DNA of 54,888 nucleotides. It comes from Hydrolagus affinis. Taxonomy: Eukaryota. Of the stretch, positions 25,929-39,349 are shown one piece after another (position 1 is the first letter of the stretch; every line of letters begins with the position of its first letter). Both the position numbers and the translations under genes were made by a program. The notes beneath the pieces are model-generated. The model ran no database searches. It had not been told where the DNA came from and saw only the letters and a program-made list of their open reading frames with translations. Location: positions 1 to 54,888 of the forward strand of contig JAAILG010002404.1 of the NCBI GenBank assembly GCA_012026655.1, read 5' to 3'.

Positions 25929-26481
25929 CTTTACAAACAAACAAAGAGAGACGTCAATCTGTGATGACTTTAGTCCAAGGTAAATTTTAATCATTTCGTC
26001 ATGTACATCATATTTTCAGAACATTTTCCCCCATCAATGGATGGAGCAATACTGAATTTAATTCCAAATATTAAAGTGAACACAGTAGAGCTCCTACGGC
26101 AGTAATGCCAGGATTATTATTATTACTAAGACTACAAACCAAAGTCCTAATGGGTAAAGTGGTCCCAGTAGTGAGAAGTTCGAATGATAACTAAACAGGT
26201 TGCATCCTTCCAGATTTTGAATATGCAATACATACAATTCCAGACAAAAAGGAATATATAATGGGAATGAAATATGGGTTGAATTATGTTTAGGTCAAAT
26301 ACATGAGATCTTGGCAACTTGCACACATATCTTTCCTCCAACCTGGTTAGAGATACGGATCTACCATGATTCCTGTATTCTGATGAATAGTGTGCAGTGT
26401 GCTGTCAAATTAGCAGAAGTATGCTGGGTGGAACAATCTCTACCCAGGAAGTGAATCCTGTCCCACATTATTCACTTCAAA

Positions 26482-26900
26482 TACAACAACAACAACAAAA
26501 TTGCACTTATATAGTGCCTTTCACGTCGGGATGATGTCCCAAAGCGCTGAACAGTCAAGTTGGGACCCAAGCAGGGGTGGGGGGTGGGGGGTAGGGGGAA
26601 GGAGAGAGGGAAGAGTTAGTGGGGGAGCCGAAGGCACGGTCGAAGAGGAAGGTCTTGAGACCGGCCTTGAAGGAGGAAAGGGAGGAAGCAAGGCGGAGGG
26701 GCTGCTCGATGGAGTTCCACAGTGTGGGAGCAGAGAGGCTGAAAGCCCGGCCGCCGATGGTTGGGTGGTTAGGGCGGTGGACACGGAGCAGGCCTGAGTT
26801 TGCTGAACGGAGGGGGCAGGCAGGCTGATAGGGAGACAGCAGGTCAGAGAGATAGGCTGTGAATGGCCTTGAAGGTGAGGACAAGGATCTTGAATTCATG
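26482..26900 (-). mobile_element. L2-clade LINE 3' end
   Basis: [12 protein letters not shown], then (after a frameshift) YLSDLLSPYQPACPLRSANSGLL...TIGGRAFSLSAPTLWNS, typical of the L2 ORF2 C-terminus; (TTG)n tail. Confidence 0.9.
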
Positions 26901-28099
26901 AATAGGTGAATTTATGTTTGAAATGGCTAGAGAGAACTGTTGGGGACCTTGTTTGGGCAGGTTTTGAGTATTAGCAGGAATTTCAGCACTGGATACGATA
27001 GAATAAATATTCTCCAGATCTATTGTTGATCCCACCCCAATATTTCTTGCCACTTCTTCTCTTCTAGACTGGACCAGTACATTGCAGCAGGAAAGTAAGC
27101 ATATCTGTATATTGGGTACATGCCATAACCTGGGTATATCCTCTTCAGTGGATATTGATTTATTGATTGTCTCTCTTATTGTGCCTCCCTGCAGGCCTAT
27201 TACTTAAGAGACATTCAATACCAGGAAAGCAAATTGTTGCCTTTGTTATGGCTATATTCCAGCATTAAAATTGTAAAATGGAACTCTAAAATTGCAAGGT
27301 GAAAGCCACACGGAAAATCTTATGACAACCACAGGTTGGCGATAATAGAAGAGAAACACTGAATCTCTAATATTTATATAAATCTCCAAAAGTGGAAACA
27401 AAAGTAAACCCCAAAGAAAAATACTGCACAAGGTACTCAAGGCTGTAACAGACTGTCAGACATTATTTGTTTTTTACGTTACAGTATAAGGAATCAAAAT
27501 GATAAATTCTTCTACTTCCACTTGCCTGGAGCACAGGCCTATTTAGTTCAATGCTGATTTACTTGCAAGCAGTATGTTTTTCTAGACATAACTACCGTTC
27601 TCTAAAGGGCATGATGCCACATTTGCTTTTTTCTAAAACAAAATGTAATCATTGTTAAGTCAACAGGGATTCAGCATTTTTCATGCGAGTATGAAATACT
27701 GTACTTTGACAAAGTTTAGTTGCAAGCTTGTAGAGGTAGAGAAGCTGGAATGCTGACAGTTTTACACAACTATTAAATTACTTTAGTTTTTGGGGATAAG
27801 GGAAATTGAAAAGTTATTCTATGAAATACAAACATACAAGTCCTCATTGAAGTATAAACTAAAACAAATTTTACCTCCCGAGAGAATCTTGACTAAAGCA
27901 GATTTCAAAAGTAATCCTGGCATTTGGGGAGTGCTGGAAGACATCATTGAGACGTCTCAAGGCCCTTCACAGGATACCTTGGTTTAACATCTCATCCGGA
28001 GAATACCTGCATTAATATAGTACGTTTCACGTAGGGCTCACCTCAGAGCACTTAACAGTGGCAGAGTCTGACACTGAATTGGAGGTGACACAAGCACAC

Positions 28100-28800
28100 A
28101 AGAGGAAGGTGATCTGAAAGTGGGGGAGGAGAGAGCAAAATGGAGGGATTGAAGGAAAGAGTTCCAAAGTTTGGTGGTGTAGCGACTGAAAGCATGGCTG
28201 CCATTGGTGGAAGCAGGATGTCAGAGCCAGCCAATGGTGGCGGAGGGTGATAGAGTGGGAAGTAAGTATATTGGAAAGAGAGGGAGGTGCCAGGGCATTA
28301 GGATATTTTTATACGAGTATGAGGATCTTGATATCGACATACTCTGTGATAGCGAGACAGTGGAGCCTGGCAAGGACTAGATTGTTGGGGGTACACAGTA
28401 TGCGGGTGGAAGAGTTTTGAATGAGTTGGATTGTGAAGCTGGGGAGACCGGCGAAAAGGGAATCGGAATAGTTGAGGCAGGACGTGACGAAAGCGTGGAC
28501 AAGTGTTTTGGCTACGTAGGCTACCTCCAGACTTGCCTTTTCAAATTCCCTTCTCGTTGGCCCAGTTCCACAAGCTCCAACTCATGTAAAAGTCCACCCT
28601 CATCTTTAGAAGCATAACACGTCCTAGGCCCATCACTCTATTCCTCATTAGGCTCCACTGATCTAACTTCCAGTGGATTGACTTCAAAATTCTAACCTTC
28701 ACCTGGTCCTCCCTACCTCTGTGGTCTTTCTCTGACCTCACTCATTTGCTTGCACATCCTCAACGCTGTCCCACCACCATCCGAATCTTCAGCCACCACC
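28100..28800. mobile_element. Decayed L2 fragments (minus 28100-28520, plus ~28620-28800)
   Basis: Degenerate L2 C-terminal motifs in both orientations. Confidence 0.7.
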
Positions 28801-29974
28801 ATCTGGAACTCTTTTTCTCAACCCATGCATTTCATCCCTTGCTTTCAGACACTATCTCTGTAAATCGCTCCACAACATTGCGTGATGGACATTGTGTTAA
28901 ATGCAATATGTTGTTGAAGCAGTCTACTGGCTCTCAAGCATTAAATGCAGTGGGTAACAATAGTCATTCCCATGAGTAACGGAATTTTTTTGTTCAATTT
29001 TGATTATTAGAGCTGAACAAGTTGCATGCTTAGTTTGATTTTCTTTAAAATATATATTAAAGACTCTAAAATATGGAGAGAAAAACTTTTCGATAGTGTC
29101 TGTTTCATTATGAATTATTTATTTGCTCCTCTTTAGAATCAGGAGCCTATAGGAATATAACTTGGTTTAAATCCTGTGTGGCAGAAAAAATGCTAATATA
29201 TTTTTCTGTACTTCGTTTATTAACTGAGGTTTTCATACATTTTGCTCTTAAGATTAGATTATTGTGAACTGGCTGATATTTTCCTTGCATTATTAGTTGT
29301 AGAATTAAATATATGGAAAACATCTTACACAATAACGTGCCTCTGTGGCTCCAAGATAGAGCTGCAGTATCTACTTTGAACTAATAGAACTTTTTAAAAG
29401 AGAATGGGAATACTGTAGTAAGCAAAAGTAAGCAGGCTCCACAAGGAGAGAAAATTTAAACTTCCAATCCACTGCTGTATGAGAACATTTAAAACTCACA
29501 ATCCAGTGCTGTATTGTTGAAAATGCCATCTTTCAGACAAAACATTAAACTGATCAGATGGTCAATAAAGATCCCACAGAACTGTTCTGATGATAAATAA
29601 TTTTCCACTGTGCTAGAAAACATTAGAACGTCAACTAAATTCAAGAAAAACTGAATCTTTGGTCATTCTCATTATTGTTGGTTATGCGTGCTGAACATGG
29701 ATGTTTCCAGCAAACTATTTATCAGTGCCCACAGAACTCTTTCCTGTTATCTCAAATAGCTCCATTCAAATGGTGTATTGGATTTGAAACCACAGGTTCT
29801 TGAGATTGAATCTCCTAGGATATCCACTCAGCTGTTCTGCCTTCTCGAAGGTCGATGAAATGAGTTACCATGTCTAAAAATATCAGCTAGTCTAGCTCAT
29901 CGATAAGATTTAGGAAATGTAGTCACATTCCCAGCAGTGTTAAATAAAACTCTAATAGACCAATCCAAGCTGGG

Positions 29975-30150
29975 TAACAACAATAGCAAAATTACATTTG
30001 TAGAGTGCCTTTCATGTAGGGAGAACGTCCCAAGGCACTGAACAGTCATGGATCAGGACCTGAGCATGGGTGGGAGGGGGTATGGGCTGGGTTGAGGGAG
30101 GGCAGAGAAGTAGGAGGATGACTGAAGGCAAGGTCGAAAAGGAAGGTAAG
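29975..30150 (-). mobile_element. L2 3' tail
   Basis: Similar to 26482-26650. Confidence 0.75.
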
Positions 30151-33100
30151 TACCATACTAAGTAGCTACTATTTTTTCCCTTCTCGCAAGCCTATGTAGG
30201 ATAGCTAATCCTAAGCATTATCTTCAGACATCAACTGTGGAACATGCCAACACAAGCCTAGACATTGCATTTCCAATCAAAATTGGCTGGTAATGGTGCA
30301 GATAATTTAAACTTAAAGCACTGAAACTGTAAACACAGCTTCATATAAACAGAATACTTTCAATCCATACTATTAGCCACAGCTCATCTGCAGCTCATAA
30401 TGTGGTGAAATTCTTCAACACCTACAATTCTTCAGCTTGTTATGATGTTGAATAGTGAGGAAATTTAATTTTGCAGTTAATAGTCAACCTGGCTTTCATT
30501 TCTGACATATAAAGGCACTAATATACTATTTACACCAACGACAAGCTTTTAGAAGCATAATTGACTGAATCTGGATCACAAACGAAAGACTTTAAGAAGT
30601 GTTTGCGACTTAGGCTCAGTTCTCACAATATTGGTGTTAAAAATGAACTTTTAAAGATATTGTGCATCTACAATTTTGCCTCAACCTTACATTTTTATTA
30701 GATCTAGAACAAAAAAAAGTTGAGTTTATCAGCATTATCTGAACCCAGATATTATGAATATTCCTTGCATTTACATTGATATATACACTCAAGTTTACAC
30801 AATATTCTGTCCTACAACTGTTAATCTCAATGTCTTGCCATTGTTCTATTTAATGATTTGCAGCATTCAAATTGAATCTTACGTGAAACATTCAATCTAC
30901 GTGAAACATTAATATTTAAAACAAGTTACGACGAGAGATTTAAACTACTGTATGTAACAAGACAAGGAAATATGACAATACCAAGTCTCAACATTGTCAT
31001 GTTCGTCTTATCAGGGACACAAAGGATTAATTTAGGAATTTAAGCCCTGTATTATTTTTTGCCTGAAAATTTCAGAGTTTATTTCTTCATTTACTCAAAT
31101 TTCAGTAGGTCAAATTTTCTATTTGAATAGGATTCTTTAAATTATACAGATTAATTATATCGATTGATTATATAATTACATTTAATGCAGAAGAAATGTA
31201 AAAATGTTAATTTTTCAAATGAGCTCCTACAATATCACCGACAGCAAAATATATTTCTGAATACCAAATAAGAAGGCTTGTGTGTGTAGCTTAGGAATTT
31301 TTCACATCAAAAGCAATTCCTGCAACAAACTGGTAACACCTTTATTTTCGTTTGACCAACAGCAGCCTGTATACAATACAAAGTCACAATACAGTAAATT
31401 TCCAGATAAGCACAGCCACATACCTGATCCAAGAGTAATTCTGACCCAAGCACAGAATTCTAAATGCATCAAATCACTCCCCAATACATAGAACGCTTCT
31501 TCCAAGCATAATTTTTAAATGCACCATTATGATCCAAGCAGATTTTCTCTAATATTCCTGTTTTCATTGCTCAGCACATTGTATACTGTCAACCAATTAC
31601 CACCTAAACATAACACCACATTAGTAATTAAATGATTAGCACATTAGCACCTTCCTGAAAGAGGATTTTTTTTGTTATTTTTCACAAAAGTGAAGTATAC
31701 TGTATTGTGAAGTTCTGATAAATATTAAAGTGTTTAATGAATGGAAAGGCTGTGGTAAGAAATACTACAAATGGGTCATGCAATCTATACAAATTTTGAT
31801 ACAGTAACTTTTTGGCAAACTAGTGTTTAAGACTAACTACTTAGTTATTACAAAACAGTGAACATATTTTGCAATCAACTAAAGTTGCTTATATAAGCAA
31901 GCGGTGTCAAAACAGATATAATGGACCCATTTACTACTAAATCCAATATACAAGCCAAATAAATGGTTCCAGTAGAAAACAACATGCAACAAGATCATCC
32001 ATGAACAAATTGATATTGTTTCACAACTGGAAAAAAAGTGAAATGGGATGTACAAGTTACAAAATGATTAGAATATAAGAATTAGGAGGAGTAGGCCATT
32101 CGCCCCTCGAGCCTGCCTCGCCATTCAATATATGCTTATATGGAAAAGATGTATTTAAATAATACCAAATATATGCTACAAAAAACCAAATGCATACGGA
32201 AAAACAATAGTCAAACCCAATTTCATTCCAATTGTAAACAAAGGAGGGTACTCACATCTCGTAGACTAAAATAACAATTGACAGAATTGTTGTATAGGCT
32301 AGCAGGAATTAAATCTATATCTATATATAGCAATTGAAGACACCTGGTGAGAGCACCCTCGCTTATCCAATTATGCCAATGAATCAAGTATTTGTATTAG
32401 AGCTTAGAATATGCATACATTAAAGGAGTTGTGTTTCCAAGATAGATGTACCATTTCCAGAGCTGGCAATCTCTTTTAATTCCCCTGATCCAGAAATAGA
32501 CCCATTTAATAGAAAAATAATTTCTTCGATTTATAAATAAATCACTCTTCTGTCCACACCAGATAGTTATTTCAAAAGTGAAGAGCACATAGAGCTCAAA
32601 CAATTCCCTCTGTTATCTTTCTCCCCCAACACCAGTTCTGTATTTCCTATAGAGCACCTTCACTGCATTAGAACAAACATGCCTAAAACAGCAGCAAGCC
32701 TGCAGCCTGTAAGTTATGTCAGAATTAAAAAGACTATACAAAAAATAAACCACAACAGGCTACCCCACAGGCACTAGTGAAAAGAGTGGGTGAGGTAGGG
32801 GAGAATTATTCAGGAATTAACAGCTCCTTTAATTCTGCAGCTTGAATTCTGCTTTGCAAAGGAGATTAAAATTAGAAACAAAAAAGTTTATGAAAGAAAA
32901 AAAAAAGTAAAAATGAGGGTAACAGAGGGCTGTATTGAATTACATGGTAAATAGATTATGCTACTGAAAGCTAGTATAGTAAATGGACTTCACTGTACCA
33001 TTAACAACAAAATCACAGATCTAGTTCTAAAGAGCAAATGTAGCCCTTGCATGTGGATGTTTTGGTTCTAATATGATGCTTTTGAGATACTGGACCTGTT

Positions 33101-33930
33101 CTGCATTATTTAAAGAAAACAAAGTAACAGATGGGACAGTTTTCAGACTGATCTATACATGTAAGACAACTTGGTCATTCAGAAAATTGAAGCCTTCGTC
33201 AAAAGGTTTATTTTAAAAAAATAAATGTTACCGATACACATGACAAATGGAAACTCAGATAAAACCCCAAATCGGACCTTTCTGCACTGCATACAGAAAG
33301 CTGGGATTTGTAACTCCCTGAAATGATACACAACAGCCCTACCCCCTCCAAAAAAAATAGCTTTACATATCTCTTAAAATCACATTTACCACCATTATTT
33401 TAAAATATCGCCCGAATGGAATAATCAATATATCCATCAAATTTCACAATTTTGGAACAGTTCACAGCATTTTGTATCACTTTTTCCACCATGGAACCAA
33501 AAAATAATTTTAAACCTCAATATACCACCAGAGCATTCTTTAAAATACACATTTGTTTGAACATTGGCTTTTCAGAGAATTCAGATTTAGGATACAATTT
33601 CAGAAGCTGCTTCCTATCTACACAAGTCTTACATCCATTTCAGAAATTATAGCAGCCGATTTAGAAAGTTATTATCTAAATCTTTAATACAGAATCACAT
33701 CCAATCAGTTGATAGGAGAAACTTTTCTTTAGTCTAAGAAAGGTAAAGTGAATATCAAGGGTTTGTTTGATTAAAAAGGTACCAATGTTGCTAGTCATGG
33801 ATAACCCACCTGTACTTAAACTAATATATAAAAGTCCTGTTTTGCTAGTTCTTCATTGTATGGTAGACATGCTATGGTGTGGAAGCAATCAGCAATAAAG
33901 GAACAGTATACAGAATACTGGTAGATGCCT

Positions 33931-33936
33931 TTTATT
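33931..33936 (-). terminator. Candidate polyadenylation signal (AATAAA) of the nested gene
   Basis: AATAAA on the minus strand ~175 nt downstream of the stop; another at 33207-33212. The hexamer is common in AT-rich DNA. Confidence 0.35.
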
Positions 33937-34109
33937 TTAGGCAATGTAATGTAATGTAAGGCTAATGTAATGTAAGGCAATGTACATTTTTTTGTAATAC
34001 AATTACAAACAACGTAGCACCAGAGAATAATCACGAGTTAAAGAAATTAGATTTCCTCCCTCTTTTGTCATGCATGTCCGGAGACACCAGCAGTCAGCGC
34101 CAACCATTT

Positions 34110-34323
34110 TCATTCAGAATCGGACAAAGGATCCAGATCGGATTCCGTTGAGTCAGATTCAGTTTTGGATTCTTCCCCTCTTCTCCATTCTTTGAGGAGA
34201 AGCCTCCACTGTTCAGCTTGTAGCCAAGCAGCATACGCTGCATCTAAGTAATCCTGCGCCTCTTCAGGCTTCTCCAGACAAAGCCTCAATAATTGGTCAA
34301 GCTGGTCTGAAGTCAGACGATTC
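34110..34323 (-). CDS. Nested hAT-derived gene, last exon (TGA stop)
   Basis: Manual translation: RNRLTSDQLDQLLRLCLEKPEEAQDYLDAAYAAWLQ...ESDSTESDLDPLSDSE*; the junction completes IKNKYRNRL; 214 nt. Confidence 0.92.
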
Positions 34324-34422
34324 CTGTCAACAAAGATAAAAACAGAAAATGGAAGAACATGAGTTGCTAATAAATCAGATCAGAATCAAGTCAGGTGGCC
34401 GATTTTCAACTTAAGAATATAC

Positions 34423-34571
34423 CTGTATTTGTTTTTTATCAAGTTCACAGAGGAAAATCCCCTCTCGGGTTCAATAGTCGATGCAGACATCACCACACAA
34501 ACCTCTGATAGTATTGAGAAGTTTGGATATTCTTTTCTCCACATATCAGAGTGTGCCAGATCAATGCAAAC
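34423..34571 (-). CDS. Nested hAT-derived gene, exon 11 (hAT C-terminal dimerisation domain, catalytic Glu)
   Basis: EYPNFSILSEVCVVMSASTIEPERGFSSVNLIKNKY; ERGFS motif; ctctccag| ... AG|GTATAT; 149 nt. Confidence 0.94.
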
Positions 34572-34979
34572 CTGGAGAGGGGAGGAGGGGAAAGAAAAAA
34601 GGAAATTCACTAAGATGGCTTTTTTTCTCTCCAGAAGTACAAGTACACCTGGCAATCAGGTATAGTGAAGTTCCATTCTTATCACTGCTCCAAATTCCAA
34701 ATTACACCTTGATGCTTGGGATATGAAATACTCATAAAGGTGCATGTTATGAACCAGATTTTACAGAAATGGGAAGTAACAGAATAAAGTAACAGAAATA
34801 TAGAACTTTACGTTCTATGTATGCATTCTTCTTTTCAATATTCGGCATGATATAAAGAAAACCAATTTTGCAGATACATTTTGGTGTAATTTTAAGCAAG
34901 GGAAACTCAATAATAGAGGGAATCTATTAAAATTTTAAATTATCTTAACGTAACATCTATTTCTTGAAGTACAGCTTAC

Positions 34980-35228
34980 TTCTTCCAAACTCTCTCCTTT
35001 TCTGGTTGCAATTAGATATTTCATCTGGTCCCATTCAGCAACTAGATCCTTTCCATTGTTGGAAAGAAGGTCTGAGAAGTGATTCTGCAGTGCAGCCGCC
35101 TCGTTGTTGCCATACTGAGCCAGTTTCTCAGGGTCAGAAGGAATCCTATCAGGATCCAGAATCCGAAAAGATCTGATGATCGCATTATCAGGAAATCGCT
35201 CCTTCAGACTATCAACGATAATTCTCAC
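34980..35228 (-). CDS. Nested hAT-derived gene, exon 10
   Basis: VRIIVDSLKERFPDNAIIRSFRILDP...YGNNEAAALQNHF...AEWDQMK; the LxxRFP, LDP, YG and EW motifs are typical of ZNF862-like hAT proteins; 249 nt. Confidence 0.92.
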
Positions 35229-35659
35229 CTAATAAAAGAACCATAAGTATAAGACTTGAAACAAATATTATCAAAATTCATTTTTACCAATAATTATCAA
35301 ACAAAACTTGTGTTTTCTCAGGCATTTTTAATATTATTGAACGCAAAATGCAGTGACTGAATTTGCTTTCTAACTCTTTTATACTGATACCATACACAGC
35401 TCCCTACTCTATGGTTTTTCATCCACACAATGGATGCATGGATTGTTGTATACTAATATTATGTAACCTCCCCTCAATGAAGATGGTGCAAGTGACCCCT
35501 ATACAAGTGAGCAACTTGGGAGATGATAGGGCAGACTGAGAAAAAAAAATCCAATGTCTCCTGCTTGCTGAGCAAAATGTTGAAACAGAATTTATTTTTC
35601 AGGCCATCCAAAAACTTTCCAATAACCATTCCATATTAACTGAGCCTTGTCAATGTGAG

Positions 35660-36078
35660 CCTGCCTTAGTTGGCAGCTCTCTCACCTCAGAGTCAGAAGG
35701 TTGTGGGTTCACGCTTATAGTCTAGGTTGACACTCCAATGCAGTGCTGGGGAAGCATTGCATTGTCAGGTGCCGTGCTTCAGATGAGATGATAAACCGAG
35801 GTCCCATCTGTCTGTTCAGTGGAAGATGAATCGCATGGCACTCTTTGAAAAGAGAAGGAAATTTCTTCTGGTGTTCTGGCCAATGACCCCCACGCCTCCT
35901 CCCACACAAATAAAATTGGTCATTCGTTCATGGCTATGTGATACATAGCCTGTCAATACAGGGACAACTTGGCTATCATATTAGTCTACAAATAATAGTC
36001 AATATACTTTACAATAAATACAGTGAAGCATTTTTGACAACATGATAACCGGCTATATCAAATGAAAGAATTATTATC
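35660..36078 (+). mobile_element. Deu-domain SINE (SacSINE1-like)
   Basis: tRNA-like head GAGTCAGAAGGTTGTGGGTTCA followed by the Deu-like core TCAGATGAGATGATAAACCGAGGTCCC...CATGGCACT...CTGGCCAAT; recognised from memory of the family. More decayed copies lie at ~29490-29690 (+) and ~19880-20010 (-). Confidence 0.7.
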
Positions 36079-36239
36079 AAGTGGATGCTGCATTTCCACT
36101 AAGGTTCCATAAGGTCTGACACTGAAAAGTTATTTAATGTGATATTAAAGCATTTAGCATTAAAGCATTGTTTTAAATAATAATCATTGCATTTGATATA
36201 TCACCTCATCATTGTCAAGATGATACTTCAACAGGATAC

Positions 36240-36480
36240 ATATCACACATCTCAGAGAGGACATTATCGATTTTTATAAAGTTTAATGGGTTAGAGAAAG
36301 TAAACCTGGAATGATACTTTCCGATACGTCATGGCAAAGGTTTACGGTTATCAAGGGCAATTTAGGGAAGAATAGAAAATATTTCTTCATAAAGAGGGTT
36401 ATCATACTTCTGCATAAATATAGTCAATAGCGGTGAGAACACAGGATTCATTCAAAAAAATTATCTGAATGCTGTAAATG
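36240..36480 (+). mobile_element. Decayed CR1 3' fragment
   Basis: Degenerate LRGDIIxxYK...RKYFFxxRV coding remnants. Confidence 0.55.
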
Positions 36481-37193
36481 CAAAATGGTATGATTGGCAT
36501 TCTAAGTGACATAAAATTTGATTTATGGCTTTTCACCTAAACCTCTGGTGTCATTAGAAAAAAATTAAATGGATTTCTTGCAGAATATTAGACGAGAGGG
36601 TCAACTTCAATCATCGATCAAATCGAGGGGTATACAGAAAATTATTTCAGGACACAGAAGAGTAACTACTTCATAAAGCCTGAAATTTTGATGTTGGCAA
36701 TATTGGCCGGTGTTTGTTGAAATATACTGTGGCTTGCTGGTCACACAATGACTCAGATTCTATGGTAACACTCAATGGGGTTGGAAATCATATCCTTGCT
36801 AGTAAAATATTGTTCTTTCATATGATGTAGAACAGACGGTTATTAGGAAAGCTAGAACTGATCTTAAAAACTGTTTGCCCTGACCTCATTTATAATGGGG
36901 TATGTGAATGCCACTGGAAGACCAAGCGAAAAACTTCCAATAAACCAACGCAGCTCATGTAAGTGCCAGATTTAATTATTTTGATCTGAAGTCAGGAAGA
37001 ATGTATGACCATTGAATACTATACCAGGATGTAATAAAATATATATTAAGATTCCAAGATGTAGAACAAGGAGAACAAATCTTGCAGGTTGACCAGCGAA
37101 GCACTAAAATGAAGGTTAAATCCACGTCCTGGATTAGTATTGATTATTTTTAAATGTCTTGCTGTCATCATAGCCTTGAAAACATCTACTAAC

Positions 37194-37500
37194 CAGAGCT
37201 TTAACAGGAGCTGCTATCTCATCAGTGGCTTTTGCTGCTGTCTTATGAAGTATGGGTCCGTGCGGTTTTCTTGAAGTAGGGGGCCTAGAAAGAGCACCAC
37301 TTTCAAGCGTCTGTATTCCAAGGAGAAAGCTGCTCTCCCACAATATATTATTTCCAAGATATTTGCATTCAAGGAGGTTGATTGTTGCTTGAACCCTTTC
37401 AGGAACTCTGACGGTGTTTACAAATTTTTCGTGAAAAAATAGTGATAGATTATCCAAGTGGTGGAGAAGGTCTCTCAAGAAAAAGATGGCAAGTAGAATG
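37194..37500 (-). CDS. Nested hAT-derived gene, exon 9
   Basis: ILLAIFFLRDLLHHLDNLSLFFHEK...APVKAL (cf. FLxDILxxLxxLSxxFQ); tttacag| ... CTG|GTTAGT; 307 nt, phase 2->0. Confidence 0.85.
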
Positions 37501-38204
37501 CTGTAAAGGTTCAAAATAAAAATAATAAATACACCACAAACATATAGAACTTCTAATATTAACGACTAAATTTCAGAGCTTGCGTTTCTCATATACAAAT
37601 TATTATTTTTTTTAGAATAGGTGGGAGTGTGGAAAAGGCCCAATCAGTGTATTTTCAACCCCAAATGTCACAGAGAAGTTGGTTAACAACCTTTGTAAGT
37701 AAACCTTTACTAAAATAAAGAATAAATCCACCACCATTGTGTTAGTCACTGGTAATCCAGGGATTGCTGGCAGTTAATTGAAAGCAAATAGTTATTTAAA
37801 TTTCAGTCTATGCACTAATGGTGCTCAGTATTGAATACTTAACATGTGCACAATTAATCACACCTTTCTCCTTTCTGCTTTTGTCCATTCTCTCTTTTGC
37901 ATGAATCCCTCATTCTAACATTTGTTTTTTTTCTGCTTTCCTGGTTCCACCAAATACACATTGATTAAACTTTATGGAATATCCTGTGAGGCTTTTAACA
38001 TAGATAGTTGTCTCACAAAAGCAACTACATCAATCCTTGATTTGGAAATGAAGAAGTAAATGCAGCCGACATTTACTTGAGCAGCAAGTGACCCACAATT
38101 GCTCAAGCAAATAAACCTGCCTATGGTGCTAGATTTTAAACATAAGATCTAAAAATTACAGGTCATTAGGAAATCAACTTGAATAGAAAATTTTAATACA
38201 GTAC

Positions 38205-38426
38205 CGAGGTTGCTGAAGTTTAAGTAGGATGCTTTCTGCTGTGATGTCATGATCTACGTTACTCATATCAGCAAAATAGATTATTAAAGTTTGATAAGAT
38301 TTGCAAATTGCTTGCACTGCTATCCCCCGGTTTATCCACTTGAGGTTGCGGGCCTTCGCCAGTTTGATGGTGCTCAACTCCAGGACATTGAAGACCTCTT
38401 CCAAACCACTATGCTTAACAGTGGAT
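38205..38426 (-). CDS. Nested hAT-derived gene, exon 8
   Basis: STVKHSGLEEVFNVLELSTIKLAKARNLKWINRGIAVQAICKSYQTLIIYF...LQQP; LKW occupies the hAT TRW position; 222 nt, phase 2->2. Confidence 0.88.
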
Positions 38427-38497
38427 CTTAGTAAAAAAAACAGGAGAAAGTAATTGTCAATTTACAGTAAATTGCAATTCTGTGTAGCTGGGAAGGA

Positions 38498-38760
38498 ACT
38501 GAGTGGTGCAGCAGGTTAGAACACTTTCAGCTCTGGCTCTTAAGGCTAAAATACTGCTCCTAGAGGGGATAAAAATCTCTAATCTCAGACAGCAGATAAC
38601 TGATCCAAGTAAAATGAACCTTGAATGTCTTAGTCCATTTCACTCAACTAAAGTCCACAGAACAAAATAGCTGAATATATTAGGACTACTCTGAAGCAAA
38701 TCCACTCAGAGATGGTAGGAATTTTTTAAACTGCAGTTTTGAAATGTACGTACGAGTAGC
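38498..38760 (+). mobile_element. Decayed LF-SINE-like element
   Basis: tRNA-like head and GTAAAATGAACCTTGAATGTCTTAGTCCATTTC, resembling the LF-SINE core as recalled; heavily diverged. Confidence 0.35.
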
Positions 38761-39349
38761 TATGTAATTGCTTCGAGTGACTGGCAGAAGGCTTGACTAC
38801 TGTGTTTGGTCAGCCAGGTCTCTGACCTATGAAGAAATCCATCACCATGCTTAAGAGAGTTCCATATTTGTATACCATCTAGAATATAGAAATTTTCATG
38901 TGTCTAGAATGGAATGCCCACTCTCTCCCTGGAAGGGCACATCCTACTTACCTAATGTCAAGAGAGTATTAGGTGCAGGTTGGCAATAGCCAAGGCATGG
39001 TAATCCATGCGTGGACAATTAGGCAATGCTGGCATTTAACCAACTAAAACCATAGCTTGCCATTGTGAGTATCTGGAAAGCTTTCCGCTGCTTGTCCAAT
39101 TGGTACAACTTATCAATTAGGCCTTTATCTTGCAGAATTAACAGAAGCTGAGTGGGAAAATTCCTGGCCTCCAAGTTCAAGTGATAGGTCTGGCCTCCAA
39201 ATTCTGCCAATGAGTCCAGCTGGTTGGTTATCAGCGGTGGCCTGGAGGAATGTGGACCATTTGGCTCTGGTACCAGATGACTGAAACAGTCATAGAAGAT
39301 TGACTTGATTCCAATGAACTACAGGGAGTTCCCATTTATCTCACCCAAG

